Positions 58,577-64,000 of a DNA stretch of 64,000 nt are shown one piece after another. The position numbers and the translations under genes were made by a program. Position 1 is the first letter of the stretch; the number at the start of each line of letters is the position of its first letter. Origin of the DNA: a virus; the IMG/VR virus record IMGVR_UViG_3300028115_001726, positions 1 to 64,000 of that record. One strand, 5' to 3'. Below the pieces are notes generated by a model that saw only the letters and a list, made by a program, of their open reading frames with translations, had not been told where the DNA came from and ran no database searches.

Positions 58577-59595
58577 ATCTTTATCAGTTTGATACAATTA
58601 AAAAAATAGAAATAGATTGTACAAGTTATTGTAATGCTTATTGCGGAGCATGTGATAGAAACATCGACGGCGGCGAAAATCATCCTAATCTAAAACTAAA
58701 TCATATCAGTGTTGAAGATTGGCGTAGTTTTATCACCAAAGACAATTTACAAAATGTTCAAGAAATTATTTTCAATGGTAATTTTGGTGACTTCAGTATG
58801 AATCCAAATTTTATTGAAATGATAGAAATATTAGCTGAAGTCAAAACAGATGTATATTTGAATTTGAATACCAACGGCGGCGCACGTAATACAAAATTTT
58901 GGCATGACCTTGCTGTGGTATTACAACGGTTTGCTAAACATGATATAAAATGGGGTATTGACGGACTTAAACATAATCATGATGTGTATAGGCGTGGCAT
59001 TGACTGGAAAAAACGCATAGACAACCTACGTGCGTTTAACAATGCTGGCGGCAACAGTATATGGAAGTGTATTGTATTTGATTACAACAAAAATGACATA
59101 GATGCTATTAGCAATTTTGCCGAATCTGTAGGTTGTATGGCCTTTCAAACCAATCGCAATCGATCAGAGGTTGACATGAAAGCCTACAAAGATTTTCCAC
59201 AGCAAAAGTTATCTGGCCCTGATACAAAAACATTCAGTGAAAAATATGCTAGACGTGATACATTCCGTTCTCATGTAGCAACACCTCCGACTAATGCTGT
59301 ACAACCTGTAGGAAGTTTTGCTTGTCCTTATGCTGAGGAAGGCATGCTACAAATCGATCCTTGGGGCAATATTTGGCCATGCTGTTATATCAGTGGTAGA
59401 CAACTTGATCTAAGAACAAACTTTAATTATTCAAAGTATAAAAACAATCATATAAGAAATGCCAACTTGCGTACATTAACACAAGAATTTGCCAATGATT
59501 TACATTTAGCATGGCAGCGTGAAAGCATAGATATATGTAATCGTTGCGGCGGCAAAGAAAAACCTGCTCCAATATATAACACGGTGATATCATGA
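58573..59595 (+). CDS. Radical SAM enzyme (class C, #15)
   Basis: CNAYCGAC, FNGNFGD, NTNG, GIDGL...YR; C-terminal CP...WPCC...CNRCG. Confidence 0.9.
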   Translation: MNLYQFDTIKKIEIDCTSYCNAYCGACDRNIDGGENHPNLKLNHISVEDWRSFITKDNLQNVQEIIFNGNFGDFSMNPNFIEMIEILAEVKTDVYLNLNTNGGARNTKFWHDLAVVLQRFAKHDIKWGIDGLKHNHDVYRRGIDWKKRIDNLRAFNNAGGNSIWKCIVFDYNKNDIDAISNFAESVGCMAFQTNRNRSEVDMKAYKDFPQQKLSGPDTKTFSEKYARRDTFRSHVATPPTNAVQPVGSFACPYAEEGMLQIDPWGNIWPCCYISGRQLDLRTNFNYSKYKNNHIRNANLRTLTQEFANDLHLAWQRESIDICNRCGGKEKPAPIYNTVIS

Positions 59596-60614
59596 AAATT
59601 GCTGTAGTGTTAAGAGGTCAAGCTAGATGTGCTAAACTAGGATCAGACTTATTTCAACGCTTTGTTGTTGACGAAAATCCGCAACACCAATTTGATGTTT
59701 TTATTCATACCACAAACACAGAAACGATATGCGATGCTACAGATGCAAAGAACAGGCCACAAAATCTATATGATGTTGAAATTCAAGATTTAAATTACAT
59801 ACATGAAAATTATTTAAAATATTGGAAGCCAAAAAAATATATTATTGAGGGAACTAGTAAATTTTTGAATACTGTTAATAATATAATAAAAGAAAATGCC
59901 AAAGACAAAACTTTTAAAAATATTTTAAATATTGATACACATGCTCCTAATCTTCTATATGGCGGATCTTCAAAAAAATTTGATTATAAACGTAGATTAC
60001 ATGCATTACATTTTATGTCACAGCACTGGGGAGCAGCAAGAGGTTATAGTTTAATAGACAGCGAATATGATTTAATTTTACAAACAAGACCAGATTGTTT
60101 ATTTTATTTTCAGTCTGGTGATTTACAAAGATGTTTAGATATTATAAATTATAGTGCTAACGATTTAGAAAATATTAGTACACAAGTTATGTCTCATATA
60201 TTAAGTGTAAGATTTAGTAAGCCGTTGATAGCAGATTATCTGTATGTTCATAAACAAAATATTATATCACAATGGTTTCCTGATGTTGAAAAAACTTTTT
60301 TTGATTTGTTTACAAAAGATAAACTTGCTTTATACGACTTAATAGGCGACAATCAAATTAAATTTCAAAATTTATTGTTTTTAAAGTTTGGAAAAAAGTT
60401 GGAATTTATAAACAATCACAATTGTTGGAACGCAGAAATTATAAGACCAAGTGTTGAAATTAATAAAACAGACGATATTGGTACAGTGTTTGATAAATGT
60501 AGAGTAAAACAACAAAACTTTCGAAAAGATAGAACCTCAATAGAAGTAGATCTTGAGCCAATATATCAAAAACTACTGAATAACGATTTGTGGCTAGAGG
60601 GCAGTTATGAATAA
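59592..60614 (+). CDS. Hypothetical protein, possible glycosyltransferase-like
   Basis: MKIAVVLRGQAR...DVFIHT...YDLILQTRPD is a pattern I associate with glycan-locus proteins; the family is not certain. Confidence 0.45.
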   Translation: MKIAVVLRGQARCAKLGSDLFQRFVVDENPQHQFDVFIHTTNTETICDATDAKNRPQNLYDVEIQDLNYIHENYLKYWKPKKYIIEGTSKFLNTVNNIIKENAKDKTFKNILNIDTHAPNLLYGGSSKKFDYKRRLHALHFMSQHWGAARGYSLIDSEYDLILQTRPDCLFYFQSGDLQRCLDIINYSANDLENISTQVMSHILSVRFSKPLIADYLYVHKQNIISQWFPDVEKTFFDLFTKDKLALYDLIGDNQIKFQNLLFLKFGKKLEFINNHNCWNAEIIRPSVEINKTDDIGTVFDKCRVKQQNFRKDRTSIEVDLEPIYQKLLNNDLWLEGSYE

Positions 60615-61734
60615 ATTTTGTACACTGACCAACAACGGCTTTAATATAGACACCACAGGCAGAGTAGGACATTGCTGTATACAAAAGCGTGACATAAGGG
60701 TAGACTGGAACACAGTTGACGATATGAATGCTTGGTACAAATCAAATTCATGGCTGAACACTGTACGCAAAGATTTAGAATCAAGCATAGAAAACACAGC
60801 ATGTGAAAGTTGCTGGCACAACGAACGCAACGGCAGAGAAAGCAAACGCCACAGAGTTAATCAACAGTACGGCAGCACTGATCAAAGCATAAGACACTTG
60901 GATCTAAGACTCAGCAACAAGTGTAATTTACAGTGTAAAATGTGTAGCGGAGGTTTCAGTGACCAAATAGCAAACCTAGCACTGGAACTAAAAGCCAATG
61001 GTGTGGACAATGACTTACTTCGTAGCATACCCAGCACCGTGGACACAGATGTAGGACGCTTGCTGGATTTAGTGCTGGATTTACCAGACTTACAAACGCT
61101 GAGATTTGCTGGCGGTGAGCCTTTTATCATGCCGGAAGTAGAAGAATTTTTGTACAAGTTGGTAGAGCGAGGCAAAACTGATCTTGAAATAGAATTCATA
61201 ACCAACTGTACCAGTGCCAAAACTCGCATATTACAAACATTAGAAAAGTTTCGGCATGTAGAGCTAATGTGTAGTATTGACGCTGTAGGAGCAGCATTGG
61301 AGTATCAGCGGTACCCTGCTCGTTGGCAAACCATTGAACGCAATTTTGTTAGAATGTACAACAGCCGTTGTATGGTAGGACTTACACCTGCTGTGAGTAT
61401 GCTTACATATCACAACATGCCAGAGTTTTTTGCTTGGGCTAATCAGTTTCCCCAAGCAAGAGTAAGTTATAATGAAGTTGACTATCCTAGTTTCTTGGAC
61501 TTTAGATTGATTCCGCTAGATGCTAGAACAGAATTTTACAAACAATTTGCTGCTGTAGAATTTATTGATGTGAATACTAATTGGAGAACATTCCAGACTA
61601 AAACCATGTACGAACACAGACAAATAAGTACAACTGAACGCAGTCTACTACAACATTACAGCAAGGACATTTGGGACTATAGATGTAATGTAGAGTTTTT
61701 AGCAGCATATCCATGGGCAGAAGAATTATTATGA
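60607..61734 (+). CDS. Radical SAM enzyme, N-terminal twitch (class A, #16)
   Basis: CNLQCKMC, FAGGEP; N-terminal FCTL...G...HCC...CESCW. Confidence 0.9.
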   Translation: MNKFCTLTNNGFNIDTTGRVGHCCIQKRDIRVDWNTVDDMNAWYKSNSWLNTVRKDLESSIENTACESCWHNERNGRESKRHRVNQQYGSTDQSIRHLDLRLSNKCNLQCKMCSGGFSDQIANLALELKANGVDNDLLRSIPSTVDTDVGRLLDLVLDLPDLQTLRFAGGEPFIMPEVEEFLYKLVERGKTDLEIEFITNCTSAKTRILQTLEKFRHVELMCSIDAVGAALEYQRYPARWQTIERNFVRMYNSRCMVGLTPAVSMLTYHNMPEFFAWANQFPQARVSYNEVDYPSFLDFRLIPLDARTEFYKQFAAVEFIDVNTNWRTFQTKTMYEHRQISTTERSLLQHYSKDIWDYRCNVEFLAAYPWAEELL

Positions 61735-62414
61735 ACACACTTGCTATACTACCTATAAAAGGAAACAGCGAAAGAGTGCCACGCAAGAATCTGCGTCCAG
61801 TGGGAAAGTATCTTTATGGAATTACCGAAATAAAAATAGAACAATTACAAAAAAGTCAACACATCTCAGAAATATTTGTTAGTAGTGAAAGTAACGAAGT
61901 TTTAGATATAGTTTCAAAACTTCCTGGAGATAAAAAAGTACATTTACACAAAAGAGATACACAGTATGCCGGTACTTGTCCGGGAGATGTGTGGGTAAAA
62001 CATCTGTCTCAACAAGTAACAAACATACCAGCAGATAACATAGCAATGGTTTTTGCTACAGCACCGTTCTTTACTGAACATGACATTGACGACTTGTTAG
62101 AATTTTACGCTGACTCTGAATACGATAGTGTAGCGACAGCAAATGAAATTAAAAATTTTTTATGGAAAGATGGAGAGCCATTGAATTACGATCCTAATGC
62201 TGTAGGATATTGGCCGTTGACACAAACACTAGAATCTGTGTACGAAATAAATTCAGCAGTGTTTGTAAGTCGGCACAAAGATTTTGTACAAACTGGAAAT
62301 AGACTACCGGGTAAAATAGGATTCTACAAATCATCATGGATGGCAAGTTTGGACATTGATTATCCTGACGATTGGAAAAGATTTGAATTATTATGGCAAA
62401 CTTATACAAAATAA
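61731..62414 (+). CDS. Acylneuraminate/Kdo-type cytidylyltransferase (NeuA/KdsB family)
   Basis: LAILPIKGNSERVPRKNLRP, ATAPF, EINSAVF, DIDYPDDW. Start at the ATGA overlap, 61731. Confidence 0.85.
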   Translation: MNTLAILPIKGNSERVPRKNLRPVGKYLYGITEIKIEQLQKSQHISEIFVSSESNEVLDIVSKLPGDKKVHLHKRDTQYAGTCPGDVWVKHLSQQVTNIPADNIAMVFATAPFFTEHDIDDLLEFYADSEYDSVATANEIKNFLWKDGEPLNYDPNAVGYWPLTQTLESVYEINSAVFVSRHKDFVQTGNRLPGKIGFYKSSWMASLDIDYPDDWKRFELLWQTYTK

Positions 62415-63340
62415 AAACAAGAAACAACATACTGGTAGTAGACTGGATACTCAGCAATGTGTGTAATTTCAAATGTACATACTGTACACCGGACAGCAAT
62501 GGTGGCGATTTGTATTGGCCTGATATTGAACAGTGTGAAACTGTAGTACGGCGTATCACAGAACAAAGCACACATGATCATAGAATATATACTATACTAG
62601 GCGGCGAGCCTACAGTGTGGAAGAACTTTACAAAGCTCAGTGAAATCATTAAGTCAGTTGATCCTGATAGTGTAGTAAACATTCTAACCAACGGCAGTAG
62701 AACAATCAAATGGTGGAACAGAACCAAGCCATACTTGGATAAAGTAAGCATTAGCTATCACCATCAAGAAGCTGATGTAGATCACACCATTGAAGTTGTG
62801 AATACAATACAACAGGATTGTCAAACCAACATTCAAATGCTAATGGATATCAATGCGTGGGACAAGTGTGTTGGTATATACGAAAAACTGCGAGACAACA
62901 CTGTGGTGCCCATACAGATAAAAAAGCTACAAATTGAATTTGGACAGCGAGACTGGATGCCCTACACTGATGAGCAAAGACAGTGGATGGCTGAAGCACA
63001 TCGCAGCACTGCTAATAGGCCCAGCACAAAACGCAACAAAACCAGTTTAGGCATCAACTGTTATTATGACGACGGTTCTATTACACAAGAAAACAATCAT
63101 GATTTAATACAAGCAGGTAAAAACCGTTTCGAAGGATGGGCATGTAATATTGGCAGAGATTTAGTAGTTATAAAAGCAAACGGTGATGTTGTTCCTGCTA
63201 ATGCTTGTAACAATAAGGTAAGTATGGGCAATATAAAAACATCACCAGAAAAAGTAAATCTTTTAAATGAACCAATTATTTGTGCTTACAAAGAATGTAC
63301 TTGTGGAAGTGATATTGAGATTGACAAATGCACTATTTAG
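62393..63340 (+). CDS. Radical SAM enzyme, C-terminal Cys cluster (class B, #17)
   Basis: CNFKCTYC, LGGEP, LTNG; FEGWACNIG...AC...ICAYKECTCGSD. Confidence 0.9.
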   Translation: MANLYKIKTRNNILVVDWILSNVCNFKCTYCTPDSNGGDLYWPDIEQCETVVRRITEQSTHDHRIYTILGGEPTVWKNFTKLSEIIKSVDPDSVVNILTNGSRTIKWWNRTKPYLDKVSISYHHQEADVDHTIEVVNTIQQDCQTNIQMLMDINAWDKCVGIYEKLRDNTVVPIQIKKLQIEFGQRDWMPYTDEQRQWMAEAHRSTANRPSTKRNKTSLGINCYYDDGSITQENNHDLIQAGKNRFEGWACNIGRDLVVIKANGDVVPANACNNKVSMGNIKTSPEKVNLLNEPIICAYKECTCGSDIEIDKCTI

Positions 63341-64000
63341 ATAAACCAAAAGTATTACAATTTGAAATTAGTAGTAATTGTAATGCCAATTGTATTGGGT
63401 GTAGTCGTGCTGATCCACTTGATGAACTAAAACTAAATCCTGTTATTAAAAAAAACATTTTTTTACACATTGATATTTTCAAAAAAATTGTTGATGCTGA
63501 TTTTTTCAAAGATATAGAAGAAATACAGTTTTGTGGTAGTATTGACGATCCGCCTATGCATCCTGACTTTCTTGACATGCTACGTCACATAGTGTATAAT
63601 ACTGATAAGAGTATAGTTATACACACAAACGGTAGTTTGCGTAAACCAGAGTACTGGGCCGAAATGGCAACAATACTACAAGGCAGTAGGTATACATTGA
63701 ACTTCAGTGTTGATGGTTTAAAGGACACTAACCCAATATATCGTAGAGGAACAGACTTTGACAAGATTATGGAAAACGCAAAAGCGTTTGTCAAAGCCGG
63801 AGGCCGTCCACAATGGCAGTGGGTTGTTTTTCCTTGGAATGAGCATCAAATTGAAGAAGCCAAAGATCTTGCTAAACAAATTGGATTCACAAGATTCAAA
63901 GAACGCCCTGATACCTGCTTGGACAATAGAGAGCTAGATAAGTTATATGAAAGAACAGAATTAGAAAAGAAACGGTCACAATGGAATTGGGATAGATATG
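63328..64000 (+). CDS. Radical SAM enzyme (class C, #18), 3'-truncated, absent from the supplied ORF track
   Basis: Manual translation from ATG 63328: MHYLDKPKVLQFEISSNCNANCIGCSR...FCGSIDDP...HTNGSLR...FSVDGLKDTNPIYRRG...FVKAGG.PQW, open to the window end. Confidence 0.88.
   Translation, partial: MHYLDKPKVLQFEISSNCNANCIGCSRADPLDELKLNPVIKKNIFLHIDIFKKIVDADFFKDIEEIQFCGSIDDPPMHPDFLDMLRHIVYNTDKSIVIHTNGSLRKPEYWAEMATILQGSRYTLNFSVDGLKDTNPIYRRGTDFDKIMENAKAFVKAGGRPQWQWVVFPWNEHQIEEAKDLAKQIGFTRFKERPDTCLDNRELDKLYERTELEKKRSQWNWDRY

Noticed and set aside
30194-63340. Class B rSAMs as viperin-like or QueE enzymes
   Set aside because: The shared CN..C.YC/GGEP core is generic. Their C-terminal multi-Cys domain is not a viperin or QueE feature, and no QueD/FolE is present.
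7-63794. Numerous 60-143-aa ORFs antisense to or nested in long genes (e.g. 13165..13596 -, 62194..62571 -, 63333..63578 -, 63585..63794 -)
   Set aside because: They are shadows of motif-bearing genes on the other strand or frame, with no SD or recognisable motifs. The last two overlap the truncated rSAM starting at 63328.
1-64000. Stop-codon reassignment, as seen in some large phages
   Set aside because: Standard-code ORFs tile the window almost completely, and TAA, TAG and TGA all end genes at coupled junctions.
1-64000. CRISPR array, tRNA/rRNA, integrase/transposase, DGR or retron
   Set aside because: No spaced direct repeats, no intergenic gap long enough, and no reverse transcriptase, recombinase or transposase motifs seen.
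21705-64000. Bacterial LPS/capsule locus or prophage-flanking host DNA
   Set aside because: It is continuous with phage tail genes, shares their TAAATA boxes and tight overlaps, and lacks transport, polymerase or housekeeping genes.
21705-64000. DNA hypermodification as the main role
   Set aside because: Not excluded, but disfavoured: no thymidylate-synthase/hydroxymethylase, nucleotide kinase, DpdA or replication genes are nearby, and the context is virion genes with late-type promoters.

Overview
AT-rich, densely coding segment of a large tailed-phage (probably jumbo myovirus-like) genome, readable in the standard genetic code. 1-21.65 kb is a + strand virion module: a 5'-truncated >4,500-aa baseplate/adhesin-like protein, three paralogous tail-fibre proteins (tail-collar and autocleaving-chaperone-like C-termini) and two paralogous virion proteins. 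From 21.7 kb to the right edge is a ~42-kb cluster of about 45 genes. 18 of them encode radical SAM enzymes in three architectures: 7 N-terminal twitch/SPASM, 7 C-terminal Cys-cluster, 4 CGN-GDP type. They are mixed with about 7-9 glycosyltransferase-like genes, 3 SGNH-like proteins, 2 methyltransferases, 3 2OG-Fe(II) oxygenases, a DegT-type aminotransferase, an amidinotransferase, an NDP-sugar epimerase/dehydratase, a NeuA/KdsB-like cytidylyltransferase, a QueC-like PP-loop enzyme and a probable pseudokinase. My best inference is a phage-encoded glycan-building and radical-tailoring system acting on a cytoplasmic substrate, most plausibly the virion proteins, which carry recurrent D-S-[S/T/A] and D-G-S-T motifs. 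Regulatory signals: T4-late-like TA(T)AAATA boxes 4 nt before start codons (apparently leaderless) at divergent junctions, and three near-consensus sigma70 promoters. All family calls are motif recognition by eye; no database searches were run.
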